Source: an uncultured Candidatus Rokubacteria bacterium (lineage in GTDB: Bacteria; Methylomirabilota; Methylomirabilia; Rokubacteriales; CSP1-6). From it: a stretch of 64,000 nt of DNA. Positions 1 to 8,745 of the stretch are shown piece by piece. The notes beneath the pieces were generated by a model. That model was not told the origin of the DNA and did not search any database. It worked only from the letters and a program-made list of their open reading frames with translations. The DNA lies in the NCBI GenBank assembly GCA_963762145.1, contig CAVXJS010000021.1:704001-768000 (forward strand). The letters run 5' to 3'. The position numbers and the translations under genes were made by a program. Every line of letters begins with the position of its first letter. Within the stretch, counting starts at the first letter, position 1.

Positions 1-157
1 GCGTGCCGGAGCCGCGCCCCTCCATGTCCGGCGCGGTCAGGGCCAGCACGTGCGCCTGCAGATCGGCCGCGGCCGGAGGCGCGGGCGCCGCCGCGGCGGT
101 GGTCAGCAGGAGGGCCAGGAGCGCGGTCAGCCCCGAAGCCCGGCGAAGTCGCGTCAC
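1..157 (-). CDS. N-terminal part of a secreted M28-family peptidase-like protein (runs off the window)
   Basis: Manual translation from GTG at 157: MTRLRRASGLTALLALLLTTAAAAPAPPAAADLQAHVLALTAPDMEGRGSGT; signal peptide plus the HV..L...MEGRG.GT start typical of M28 peptidases. Confidence 0.55.
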   Translation of the reverse strand, partial: MTRLRRASGLTALLALLLTTAAAAPAPPAAADLQAHVLALTAPDMEGRGSGT

Positions 158-212
158 GACGCTACTGTACCGCAGGAGACAAGATCGGCGGCTTGGCGGT
201 ACACTCGGGCCC

Positions 213-587
213 ATGTCGAGCCTGGCCCGGGTATTGGCCCTGACCGCCGCGCTGCTGCTGGGCGGCGTCGCGGCCGCGGCGGCGCAGGGCCCCGACGTGC
301 TCTACGCCGATTCGCTGCGGCCCGAGTGGACCGTCGAGTCCACGCGGGCGGGACGGCCGCAGGTGGTCGGCTACCTCTACAACAGCAACATCAAGCAAGC
401 GGCCAATGTCTGGCTTCGCGTGGACCAGCTCGGCGCGGACGGCGCGGTGGCGGGCACCTACCGGCGGCGCGTGGTGGGTGACGTGCTGTCGGGCGGGCGC
501 TCGGTGTTCGAGGTGCCCGTGGCCGACGCGGGCGCGCGCTATCGCGTGACGGTGGAGACCGTGGACTGGGTGAAGGAGTGCCGGTAG
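213..587 (+). CDS. Secreted hypothetical protein (FxLYD-like small beta domain)
   Basis: ATG 213 inside ORF 3..587; signal peptide ending AAAAQ; VVGYLYN...V.LRVDQL pattern. Confidence 0.65.
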   Translation: MSSLARVLALTAALLLGGVAAAAAQGPDVLYADSLRPEWTVESTRAGRPQVVGYLYNSNIKQAANVWLRVDQLGADGAVAGTYRRRVVGDVLSGGRSVFEVPVADAGARYRVTVETVDWVKECR

Positions 588-606
588 CGCCCGATCCCCC
601 GACCCA

Positions 607-641
607 CCCCTCACCCTGCCCTCTCCCCTGAGGGGAGAGGG
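607..641 (+). repeat. REP-like palindromic element, family A (copy 1)
   Basis: CCCCTCACCCTG followed by the hairpin CCCTCTCCCC-TGA-GGGGAGAGGG; near-identical copies at 14892, 16533 and 16579. Confidence 0.85.
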
Positions 642-648
642 AAAGCCA

Positions 649-1320
649 ATGGCGGACCTGCTGGACTCCATCGAGATCGAGACCGCGCCGAATCCCGACG
701 CGGCGGTGGTCTGGATGCACGGGCTCGGCGCCGACGGGCACGACTTCGAGCCGATCGTGCCCGAGCTCCGCCTGCCCGCGACGACACGCATCCGGTTCGT
801 CTTCCCGCACGCGCCGCTCCGACCCGTCACCATCAACCAGGGCCACGTCATGCGCGCGTGGTACGACGTCCGCGCGCTCGCGGGCGTGCGGCGCGAGGAC
901 GAGGCGGGCGTGCGCCAGTCGGCCCGCCAGGTCGAGGCGCTGCTCGCGCGGGAGCGGCAGCGGGGCATCGCCCCCCGCCGCCTGGTGATCGCCGGCTTCT
1001 CCCAGGGCGGCGCCATGGCGCTGCACGTGGGCCTGCGCCACCCCGACCGGCTCGCGGGGATCCTCGCGCTCTCGTGCTACCTGCCGCTGGCCGTCACGCT
1101 CGACGCCGAGCTGTCCCCAGCCAACCGCGACGTGCCGATCTTCTGGGCCCACGGCGTCCACGATCCGATGATCCCGCAGGCCATGGCCGAGCAGGGGCGC
1201 GCGCAGCTCGCCCAGCTCGGCTACCAGATCGACTGGCACCAGTACCCGATCCCGCACTCCGTCTCGGCGGAAGAGATCGCCGACGTCGCCCGCTGGCTCG
1301 CGCGGGTGCTCGCCGCGTGA
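649..1320 (+). CDS. Phospholipase/carboxylesterase (alpha/beta hydrolase)
   Basis: WMHGLGADG, FVFPHAP, MRAWYD, GFSQGG nucleophile elbow, HG..DP, HSV. Confidence 0.92.
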   Translation: MADLLDSIEIETAPNPDAAVVWMHGLGADGHDFEPIVPELRLPATTRIRFVFPHAPLRPVTINQGHVMRAWYDVRALAGVRREDEAGVRQSARQVEALLARERQRGIAPRRLVIAGFSQGGAMALHVGLRHPDRLAGILALSCYLPLAVTLDAELSPANRDVPIFWAHGVHDPMIPQAMAEQGRAQLAQLGYQIDWHQYPIPHSVSAEEIADVARWLARVLAA

Positions 1321-1344
1321 CGTCCACCCTCAGGAGGTGAGCCC

Positions 1345-1965
1345 ATGCAGGACCGTCTGACCATGCCCATCGGAAACGCGATCTTCACCCAGCGGTCTAC
1401 TCGAAAGATGCGCCCGGATCCCATCCCGGTCGAGGATCTGCACCTGCTGATGGAGGCCGCGGTGAAGGCCCCGAACGGCGGCAACAACCAGGTCGGCCGC
1501 TTCCTGATCGTGAACGACCGCGCGAAGATCCGCGAGTTCGGCGCGCTCTACAAGGAAGCCTGGTGGGCCAAGCGCTGGGACGATCACAGGTGGACGAAGC
1601 CGGAGGACATTCCGCTCACCGACAAGAACCACCGCTCCGCGATGGGGCTCTCCGAGGACATGAAGGACGTCCCGTGCGTGGTCTTCGCGTTCACCGCGCC
1701 GGGCGGCGGCGCCAACTCGGTGATCCCGGCCTGCCAGAACCTGATGCTGGCCGCGCACGCCCTCGGCATCGGCTCGCTCCCGACCACGCTGCACGCCAAG
1801 GTGATGGATCGCTTCCACGCGATGTTCGACATCCCCAAGGAGATGACCTTCCACTTCTGCATCCCGCTCGGCTACCCCGCCGTGAAGTACGGCCCGAGCA
1901 AGCGGAAGCCGACCACGGAGACCACCTCCCTCAACCGCTGGGGCGGAGCGGTCCCGTGGCGGTGA
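1345..1965 (+). CDS. Nitroreductase family protein
   Basis: RSTRK, AP.GGN.Q, QNLMLAA.ALGIGS, IPLGYP motifs; AGGAGG RBS. Confidence 0.9.
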   Translation: MQDRLTMPIGNAIFTQRSTRKMRPDPIPVEDLHLLMEAAVKAPNGGNNQVGRFLIVNDRAKIREFGALYKEAWWAKRWDDHRWTKPEDIPLTDKNHRSAMGLSEDMKDVPCVVFAFTAPGGGANSVIPACQNLMLAAHALGIGSLPTTLHAKVMDRFHAMFDIPKEMTFHFCIPLGYPAVKYGPSKRKPTTETTSLNRWGGAVPWR

Positions 1966-2870
1966 CGCGCAAGCCCGCGGTCAGCCTCGCCGCGGTCCCC
2001 GGCCGCCGCAAGGCGACCGTGGAGATGGCCAAGCGCCTCGAGGAGGAGGGCTTCGCCGGGCTCTACTGCCCGAGCCTGGGCGACGGCCTCGGCCTCTGCG
2101 AGGCCATCGCGCTCGCCACCCGCACCATTCCGTTCGGGACCAGCATCTCCAACATCTACACCCGCCATGCCCTCGACTTCGCCCAGACCGCGGCGCTGAT
2201 CCACGAGCTGTCCGGCGGGCGCTTTCGCTTCGGCGTCGGCATCAGCCACGGCCCCACGCACGATCGCCTCGGCATCAAGCCGGGCAAGCCGCTCGAGGAC
2301 ATGCGCCGCTTCGTGCAGGACCTCAAGGCGGGCGCCAAGCTGGCGGGCGAGCTTCCTCCGATCACGCTCGCCACTCTCCGAAAGAAGATGACGGCCCTTT
2401 CCGCCGAGATCGCCCAGGGCGCGGTGTGGGCCAACGCGGCACGCTCGCACATGCCGGAATCGCTCAAGGCCCTCCCCGACGCCGCGCGCACCGGCTCCGA
2501 CTTCTTCATCGGCAACATGGTCCCGACCTGCATCGACACCGACCGCGCCGCGGCCGCCGCGGTGAACCGTCGCACCCTGACCGGCTACGTGAAGCTCCCG
2601 AACTACCAGAACTACTGGATCGAGGCCGGCTTCGAGGAGGAGATGCAGGCCATCCGCAAGGCGATCGCGGCGGGCCAGGAGGACAAAATCCCGTCACTGA
2701 TGTCCGACCGCTGGCTCTCCCAGGTCACGCTCTACGGCAGCGCATCAGAAGTGCGCGACGGTGTCGAGGCCTGGTACGCGGCGGGCGTGAAGACGCTGAT
2801 CGTGGTGCCGTCGTCCGCGAAGGGCAATCAGATGGTGGCCCTGCAGGAACTCATCGACCTGTATCGCTGA
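1962..2870 (+). CDS. LLM-class flavin-dependent oxidoreductase
   Basis: GTG overlaps upstream stop (GTGA); T..IPFGTSISNIYTR, ELSGGRFRFGVGISH. Confidence 0.85.
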   Translation: MTRKPAVSLAAVPGRRKATVEMAKRLEEEGFAGLYCPSLGDGLGLCEAIALATRTIPFGTSISNIYTRHALDFAQTAALIHELSGGRFRFGVGISHGPTHDRLGIKPGKPLEDMRRFVQDLKAGAKLAGELPPITLATLRKKMTALSAEIAQGAVWANAARSHMPESLKALPDAARTGSDFFIGNMVPTCIDTDRAAAAAVNRRTLTGYVKLPNYQNYWIEAGFEEEMQAIRKAIAAGQEDKIPSLMSDRWLSQVTLYGSASEVRDGVEAWYAAGVKTLIVVPSSAKGNQMVALQELIDLYR

Positions 2871-2885
2871 CCACTCGACATCCTC

Positions 2886-2903
2886 ACGAGGTGACCGAAT
2901 GAG
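2886..2903 (+). repeat. Left copy of an 18-bp imperfect direct repeat flanking the ABC substrate-binding gene
   Basis: ACGAGGTGACCGAATGAG versus ACGAGCTGATCGAATGAG at 3863-3880 (16/18 identical); contains the start ATG. Confidence 0.7.
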
Positions 2904-3879
2904 GCGACGGCAGTTCATCACCCTCCTCGGAAGCACCGTCGCCTGGACCGCCTCCGCCCACGCGCAGGGGTCGCCGCCGACTCCGGTGATCGGATTTCTC
3001 AACAGCGCCACTCACGAGCTATATCAATTCAATGTGGCGGCGTTCCATCAGGGCCTTCGGGAGGAGGGCTTCATCGAAGGCAAGAACGTGGTCATCGAGT
3101 ACCGCTGGGCGGGCGGAGACTATGATCGGATGGGGGACCTGGCGAGAGATCTCGTCGCACGCAATGTGGCCGTGATCGCCGCCACCGGAGACGTCTCCTC
3201 CGCCCGGGCGGCCCAGTCGGCCACCACGAAGACTCCCATCGTGTTCACGATCGGCGGTGATCCAGTACGGTTCGGGCTGGTCGCCAGGTACAGCCGTCCC
3301 GGCGGCAACATCACCGGCATCAGTCTGATCTCCAGCGTGATCGGCGCCAAGCGCGTGGAGCTGCTGCACGACATCGCACCGGGGGCCAAGATCGCCCTGC
3401 TGATGAATCCGGACAACCCGAATGCGGCGGCGGAACAACGAGACACCCAGCAGGCGGCTCAGGCCATGGGACACCAGACCGTTGTCCTGAATGTGAGGAA
3501 CAAGCAGGATTTCCCCGCCGCGTTCGACGCGTTCGTTCGCGAGCGCGCTCGCGCGCTCTTCGTCGCGACCGATCCCATGCTGCTCAGTCAGCGCGATCCG
3601 CTCGTCCAGTTCGCCGCACAGCAGCGAGTGCCTGCCATTTATTTCGTCCGCGAGTTCGTGGTGGTGGGTGGGCTGGTCAGCTATGGCGCGAGCATCAGGG
3701 AGATGTACCGTCAGGCCGGTGTATACGCCGGCCGGATCCTGAAAGGGGCCAAGCCGGCCGAGCTGCCGGTCCTGCAGCCCACGATCGTCGAGCTGATCGT
3801 CAATCTCAAGACCGCGAAGGCACTCAACATCAACCTGCCGCAGACTCTGCTTCTTCGAGCCAACGAGCTGATCGAATGA
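2899..3879 (+). CDS. Orphan ABC transporter substrate-binding protein (ABC_sub_bind/PF04392-like)
   Basis: MRRRQFITLLG N-terminus, IEYRWA, RPGGNITG, RILKGAKPAELPVLQPT, INLKTAKAL; no permease or ATPase nearby. Confidence 0.9.
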   Translation: MRRRQFITLLGSTVAWTASAHAQGSPPTPVIGFLNSATHELYQFNVAAFHQGLREEGFIEGKNVVIEYRWAGGDYDRMGDLARDLVARNVAVIAATGDVSSARAAQSATTKTPIVFTIGGDPVRFGLVARYSRPGGNITGISLISSVIGAKRVELLHDIAPGAKIALLMNPDNPNAAAEQRDTQQAAQAMGHQTVVLNVRNKQDFPAAFDAFVRERARALFVATDPMLLSQRDPLVQFAAQQRVPAIYFVREFVVVGGLVSYGASIREMYRQAGVYAGRILKGAKPAELPVLQPTIVELIVNLKTAKALNINLPQTLLLRANELIE

Positions 3880-3880
3880 G
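3863..3880 (+). repeat. Right copy of the 18-bp imperfect direct repeat
   Basis: ACGAGCTGATCGAATGAG; contains the stop TGA of the gene. Confidence 0.7.
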
Positions 3881-3938
3881 CCGGCCGGGGCGGCGCGGCC
3901 GGAGCTGATCGACGTCTACCACTGAGCCCGGCGCCGGC

Positions 3939-5390
3939 TCAGCGCAGCGCCACCGCCTCGAACCGGGCGATCACCGCGCCGGCCGCATCCAGCATCTCGA
4001 GGTGGCTGCCCTTGATGCGGTAGCGCGCCACCTTCTCGAGCGACTGGAGGAACAGCTGCTCCTGCTCCATGCCCGCCGGACAGGCCATCATGGTGCCGGC
4101 GGTCTGGCGGAGCCGCAGCGTGTCGCCGTCCTGCTGGAAGCTGCCCGTCACGCGGTTGCACCCGCCGCTGCCGGAGACGCGCGGCTCGGCGCTGGCGAAG
4201 ATGAGGTGCGGCTCGCGTTGCCGCTGCGCCACCCGCACCGGGGTCTCGCCCAGGCGCACCCGCTTCCAGTACGTGTCGCGCAGGGGGCTGTCGGCGAGCG
4301 GATTGCCGCAGGTCTCGCGCGGCCAGACGGTGACGAAGCGCTCCACCACCAGGCTCGTGCGTGGCGGCCGATTGGCCTCCGCAGACGGGCGCGGAGCGAT
4401 CAGGCCCTCGAGGCTCACCAGCAGCGCCTGGCCCGGCTGCCGGCGTTCCTTCAGGTAAGCGGCCTCGAGCGCCCGGTAGTCGCCCTCCATCGCCACCGGC
4501 AGGCGCCCGCCGTCGGCGCACAGGGTGATGGTCGCGGCGTCGGCCATGTACCTGAACATGCCGGTCAGCGCCAGGCGCGGCTCGATGAGCCCGGCCTGCG
4601 GCAACCGCTGGAGGCGGTCGTCGTGGCCGGATGCAATGGGTTGTCCCGCGAGATCCAGCTTGCGTAGCGTCCGGCCGCCATCGCCCGGCATGAAGAACAC
4701 CGTCTCCCGGGTACCGCGCAGCACCAGCCGCCCGGTGTCGGGCTCACGCCGCCAGCGGCCGACGTCGTCGAACCGGTTAGGCTCCGGCCGGTCCCTGTAG
4801 GTCAGGCGGAGCTGGTAGCGGCCCATGGGCAGCAGATCGAGGTGCCACACGATCGGCCCCCCGCTCGCACCGGGCAGCTCGCCTTCGAACGAGGCGGGCA
4901 GATCGATCCCGCCCTCCGATCCCGTCACGGTGGAGAGCCGCCGGCCGGCTCCGGTGGCGACCAGCAGCATCCGGAGCGGCGCGGCGCTGCCCGCGAGCAC
5001 CGGGTAAGCGCGGTCGGTGGTGAAGAGCAGCCGGCCCTGGTGCCTGACGGTGGCGCGGACGGCATATCGGCGTCTCGGTTGCACTGCCGCGTCGTCGTAC
5101 GCGATCTCGAAGCGGAATGGTGGCTGCCCTGCCGGATCGATCGTCGCGCGGCCTAGCACCGCCGCCGGCGCGTCGGCGCGCGAAACGTCCTGCAGCACCG
5201 CCTCGAAGACCGCGTCAGGCGGAAGCGCGATCCGCTCCCGGTATGCGGCCATGCCCTCCAGCGTCCCGCCCCACGCCGGGACACCGGCCAGTCCCGCAAC
5301 GCACGCGATCAGCACCGTCGTGGCGAGTCCCCGGCCAAGGAAACGGATCGTGGTGGTTCGCGGGCGTCGCGGGTGCCGACTGTCCAGCAT
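3939..5390 (-). CDS. YbaY/YscW + NlpE-like + META (HslJ) multidomain envelope protein
   Basis: YRERIALPPDAV...LQDVSRADAPA (YbaY); GMFRYMADAA..T.C (NlpE C-terminal); SGSGGCNR..GS...TMMAC...EQ.FL (META). Confidence 0.85.
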   Translation of the reverse strand: MLDSRHPRRPRTTTIRFLGRGLATTVLIACVAGLAGVPAWGGTLEGMAAYRERIALPPDAVFEAVLQDVSRADAPAAVLGRATIDPAGQPPFRFEIAYDDAAVQPRRRYAVRATVRHQGRLLFTTDRAYPVLAGSAAPLRMLLVATGAGRRLSTVTGSEGGIDLPASFEGELPGASGGPIVWHLDLLPMGRYQLRLTYRDRPEPNRFDDVGRWRREPDTGRLVLRGTRETVFFMPGDGGRTLRKLDLAGQPIASGHDDRLQRLPQAGLIEPRLALTGMFRYMADAATITLCADGGRLPVAMEGDYRALEAAYLKERRQPGQALLVSLEGLIAPRPSAEANRPPRTSLVVERFVTVWPRETCGNPLADSPLRDTYWKRVRLGETPVRVAQRQREPHLIFASAEPRVSGSGGCNRVTGSFQQDGDTLRLRQTAGTMMACPAGMEQEQLFLQSLEKVARYRIKGSHLEMLDAAGAVIARFEAVALR

Positions 5391-5441
5391 CTCGTCCCGC
5401 CACCGATCCTACTCGATCCCTTGGTCCGCCTGGATCGCCCG

Positions 5442-6566
5442 TCACGCCAGCTCGGCCAGGATCTCTTTCCGGTGCTGATCGAGTGAGGGCGCCACCGCGC
5501 GCGGGGACCCGCTGCGCAGCGGCGGCAGACCCGGCACCTGCGGCACCGGCACCCGGCCGAGCCCGGGCTGCTCGATCCAGCTCACCGCGCCGATCGCCTT
5601 CACGTGCGGATCCTCGAGGAACTCGAGGTAGGTGTTCACCCGCTGGTGCATGAGCCGCGCCTTGCGCAGCCGCGCCGAGAGATCCGCGGTAGTGCGCTGG
5701 GCGAACGCGGGCTCGAGCAGCGCGTTGAGCACGGCCACGTTGGCGAAGCGCGAGTCGTTGGTGGCGAAGCGCGGATCGCCCTTCGCCGCGGGAATCTCGA
5801 GCGCGTCGCAGAGCGTGGGAAACTCCGCGTCGCGCAGGATCGTGAGATTGATCCAGCCGTCGCTCGCCTTGAAGGTGCCCGAGGGCGTGAGACCCGGCTG
5901 CGGCTTCCCGCCCTCCAGGTGGTGCTGGATCATGGAGACCGCCTGGAGGGTCGCCCCGCCGCGCAGCAGGCTCGACTCGATGTAGCGGCCGCGCGGCTCG
6001 TCGCGGCGGGCGTACAGCGCCACCGCCATCGCCTGGAAGTTGCTGAGCGCGGTGGCCATGTCCATCACGATCACGGGCACGCGGTGCGGGATGCCGTCGA
6101 GCCCGCGGTTCACCGACATGAGGCCGGTGAAGGCCTGGAACACGGTGTCCACCGCGGGCCGCTCCGCGTCGGGCCCGACCTGGCCGAATCCCGAGACCGA
6201 GAGATAGATGATGCGCGGGTTGAGGGCCTCGACCTCCGGGTAGCCGAAGCCGAGACGGGCCGCCACGCCCGGCCGGAAGGATTCGAGGAACACGTCGGCG
6301 CTCGACACCAGCCCGCGGAGGATCGCCCGGTCCTCGGCCGCCTTGAGGTCGAGCACGATCGAGCGCTTGCCGAGATTGGCCGCGATCGAGAACGCGGTCA
6401 TGTCGCCGTAGCGCTTGCCGAGCGCGCGCGCCCAGTCGCCTTCCGGCGGCTCCACCTTGATCACGTCGGCGCCGTACTGGGCCAGCAGCATGGCCGAGTA
6501 CGGCCCCGCGATCCCCTGGCTCAGATCCACCACCTTGAGGCCGGCGAAGGGCGCGTCGTAACTCAT
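5442..6566 (-). CDS. Class III CoA-transferase (CaiB/BaiF family)
   Basis: GLKVVDLSQGIAGP, GADVIKVEPP.GD, N.GKRSI.LDLK, SFRPG. Confidence 0.92.
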   Translation of the reverse strand: MSYDAPFAGLKVVDLSQGIAGPYSAMLLAQYGADVIKVEPPEGDWARALGKRYGDMTAFSIAANLGKRSIVLDLKAAEDRAILRGLVSSADVFLESFRPGVAARLGFGYPEVEALNPRIIYLSVSGFGQVGPDAERPAVDTVFQAFTGLMSVNRGLDGIPHRVPVIVMDMATALSNFQAMAVALYARRDEPRGRYIESSLLRGGATLQAVSMIQHHLEGGKPQPGLTPSGTFKASDGWINLTILRDAEFPTLCDALEIPAAKGDPRFATNDSRFANVAVLNALLEPAFAQRTTADLSARLRKARLMHQRVNTYLEFLEDPHVKAIGAVSWIEQPGLGRVPVPQVPGLPPLRSGSPRAVAPSLDQHRKEILAELA

Positions 6567-6637
6567 CGCGTGCTTTCCTCCGGGACTGGGACTGGGCGAT
6601 AATGGCGCCCGCAGATCATACCCGAGGGAGGAACGCT

Positions 6638-7096
6638 ATGCTCAAGGTCGAGAAACCCCAGGATTTGCTCCAGCACGTGGGCGAGGAGCTGGGTCCGTCC
6701 GAGTGGCTCACCGTGACGCAGGAGATGATCGACAAGTTCGCGGATGCCACCGGCGATCACCAGTGGATCCACGTGGACGTGGAGCGGGCCAAGAAGGAGA
6801 TGCCGGACGGCAAGACCATCGCTCACGGCTACCTGACGCTCTCGCTCCTCCCCCAGCTCGCCCCGACCCTCATGAGGATCGAGAAGCGCCGCCGCGGCCT
6901 GAACTACGGCTCGAACCGCGTGCGCTTCACCGCGCCGGTGCCCGCGGGCGGGCGCGTCCGGCTGCGCCAGAAGCTGGTCAAGATCGAGCCGGTGGAGGAC
7001 AACGGCTTCCGCATCACCAGCGAGATGACCATGGAGGTCGAGGGCAACGCGCGCCCCGCCATGGTCGCGGAGACGCTCGGCATCGTCTACGCGTAG
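6638..7096 (+). CDS. MaoC family dehydratase
   Basis: FADATGDHQWIHVD, TIAHGYLTLSL, NYG.NRVRF; GGAGG RBS before ATG 6638. Confidence 0.92.
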   Translation: MLKVEKPQDLLQHVGEELGPSEWLTVTQEMIDKFADATGDHQWIHVDVERAKKEMPDGKTIAHGYLTLSLLPQLAPTLMRIEKRRRGLNYGSNRVRFTAPVPAGGRVRLRQKLVKIEPVEDNGFRITSEMTMEVEGNARPAMVAETLGIVYA

Positions 7097-7099
7097 AAA

Positions 7100-7176
7100 T
7101 CGGAGGGGGCCTCGACGGCCCCCTCCGAGCCTCCCCCTAGAAGAAACGGATTGCGCCGGCGGAGCCGGCGCTCGGA
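7100..7176 (+). repeat. Two-hairpin intergenic element, family B (copy 1)
   Basis: 12-bp stem TCGGAGGGGGCC/GGCCCCCTCCGA, linker GCCTCCCCCTAGAA, 8-bp stem GCGCCGGC-GGA-GCCGGCGC; inverted homologue at 9821-9907. Confidence 0.8.
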
Positions 7177-7185
7177 ACGACGCGG

Positions 7186-7758
7186 TCAGCGCGCGCCGAT
7201 CACCTTTGCGCGCAGATCGGCCACCTGCTGGTGGAAGGGCGTGCTCGGGCCCGCGGTCATCGGAGTGCTGTCGGCCAGCCCGGTGATGAGCTGCACCATG
7301 ATCGGGCCGTCCTCGGTGAGGAAGCCCGGCAGGCGCTTCTTGAAATCGTCGAGCTCGGTGACGGTGTAGGTATTGCGGTAGCCGGCCGCCTTGGCCATCG
7401 CCGCGAAGTCCGTCCCCGGCCCGCCCGGCGTCTCCTGCGAGCCGGACGTGTGGTAGACGCCGTTCTTGAAGAGCAGGTGCGTGAAGTTGCGCGGGGCCGC
7501 GCCCGCGATGGTGGCGATCGAGCCGAGCTGCATCAGCAGCGAGCCGTCGCCGTCGAAGACGATCACGCGCCGGTCCGGCGCACCCAGCGCCAGCCCCAGG
7601 CCCATCGCGGATGCGCCGCCCATGAAGCCGATGCAGCCGACCGAGAGGTCGTCGGGCGCGATCTTGCGCCACGCGGGCGAGGTGGTCATGGTGGGCACGC
7701 AGATGGCCGTCCCGCGGGCGGCCTGGATCAGCTTGAGGATCTCCTCCGGCTTCATCAT
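7186..7758 (-). CDS. ThDP-dependent decarboxylase beta subunit (sulfopyruvate/phosphonopyruvate decarboxylase-like)
   Basis: MG.ASAMGLGLAL, DGDGSLLM ThDP motif, NGVY..SG.Q. Confidence 0.85.
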   Translation of the reverse strand: MMKPEEILKLIQAARGTAICVPTMTTSPAWRKIAPDDLSVGCIGFMGGASAMGLGLALGAPDRRVIVFDGDGSLLMQLGSIATIAGAAPRNFTHLLFKNGVYHTSGSQETPGGPGTDFAAMAKAAGYRNTYTVTELDDFKKRLPGFLTEDGPIMVQLITGLADSTPMTAGPSTPFHQQVADLRAKVIGAR

Positions 7759-8297
7759 CACGCGGTCTCCAGCCCGACGAGGACCGCGGCGGGGCCGTTC
7801 CGCTCGCGGCTCTTCCGGTAGTACTGGGCGATCAGCTTCACGTCGTCCGGGCCCTCCATGCGGGCGTGGGGGATGCTGAACACGTCCAGCAGCGGCTCGG
7901 CGAAGCGCACCATGGAGTGCCGCGAGTCCTTCGGATCCTTGTCCTTCTCGCGGCTCAGCAGCCCGATCATGTAGAAGATCGGGATCTTGCCGTCCATCGA
8001 GATGCCGCGGATCGTGTTCACGCTGGCGTAGAGGCCGGCGTGCTGGATCATCACGATCACCGGCTCGCCGGTCATGTAGAGTCCCGCCGCCACCGCGTTG
8101 GCATCGTCCTCGGTCGAGCACGTGAGGACGCGCAGGCTACGCTCCTTGTCCAGCGCGGCCAGCACGCTCTTCTGGTGCGTGTCCGGCACGCTGATGATCC
8201 AGCCGAGCGGGTCCTGGCGTTTGGCGCCTTTTCGCTCCGACTGGAAAATCTCCTTGAATGCGTCGATGATCAGAGAGGACGGAACCGACTCGGGCAT
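7758..8297 (-). CDS. ThDP-dependent decarboxylase alpha subunit (ComD-like)
   Basis: SVPD, E..A.AVAAG.Y..G, MIQ.AG....VN; GAGGAGG RBS; coupled to the beta subunit. Confidence 0.8.
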   Translation of the reverse strand: MPESVPSSLIIDAFKEIFQSERKGAKRQDPLGWIISVPDTHQKSVLAALDKERSLRVLTCSTEDDANAVAAGLYMTGEPVIVMIQHAGLYASVNTIRGISMDGKIPIFYMIGLLSREKDKDPKDSRHSMVRFAEPLLDVFSIPHARMEGPDDVKLIAQYYRKSRERNGPAAVLVGLETA

Positions 8298-8404
8298 TGG
8301 CACTTCCTCCTCGAATGACCGGCTTCCCCGCCGGACCAGCGGAAAGTCTGCCACAGGACGTCGCCACGGGGAAGCGGTACCCGCGCATGTTACGCTGGAA
8401 GAGC

Positions 8405-8728
8405 ATGACATCCTCCCCCCTGCCGGACCTCCTCCGGGAGCAGGACGGGCGCCACCCGTTCTGGCTGCGCCTCGTGTTCCTGGCCGCCGCGGTCGTATGC
8501 TTCGCGCTCGGCGTCGTCGGCTGGCTCATCCCGGTGATCACCGGCATCCCGTTCTATGCGGCCGGCCTCGTCTTCCTGGGCCTGGCCAGCGACCGGACCC
8601 GCCGCTTCATCAACCGCATGGAGCGCCGGCTCTCGGAGAACACCCGGCGAAGGATGCGACGGCTCATCGCCAGGGTCCCCGGGCAGTGGGTGCGCAACCT
8701 CGTCAATATTCCCGAGGGCGCCGTCTAG
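8405..8728 (+). CDS. Small membrane protein (DUF454/PGPGW-like)
   Basis: Hydrophobic hairpin LGVVGWLIPVITGIPF followed by a basic tail. Confidence 0.6.
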   Translation: MTSSPLPDLLREQDGRHPFWLRLVFLAAAVVCFALGVVGWLIPVITGIPFYAAGLVFLGLASDRTRRFINRMERRLSENTRRRMRRLIARVPGQWVRNLVNIPEGAV

Positions 8729-8745
8729 CCGCTTAAGATAGGACC

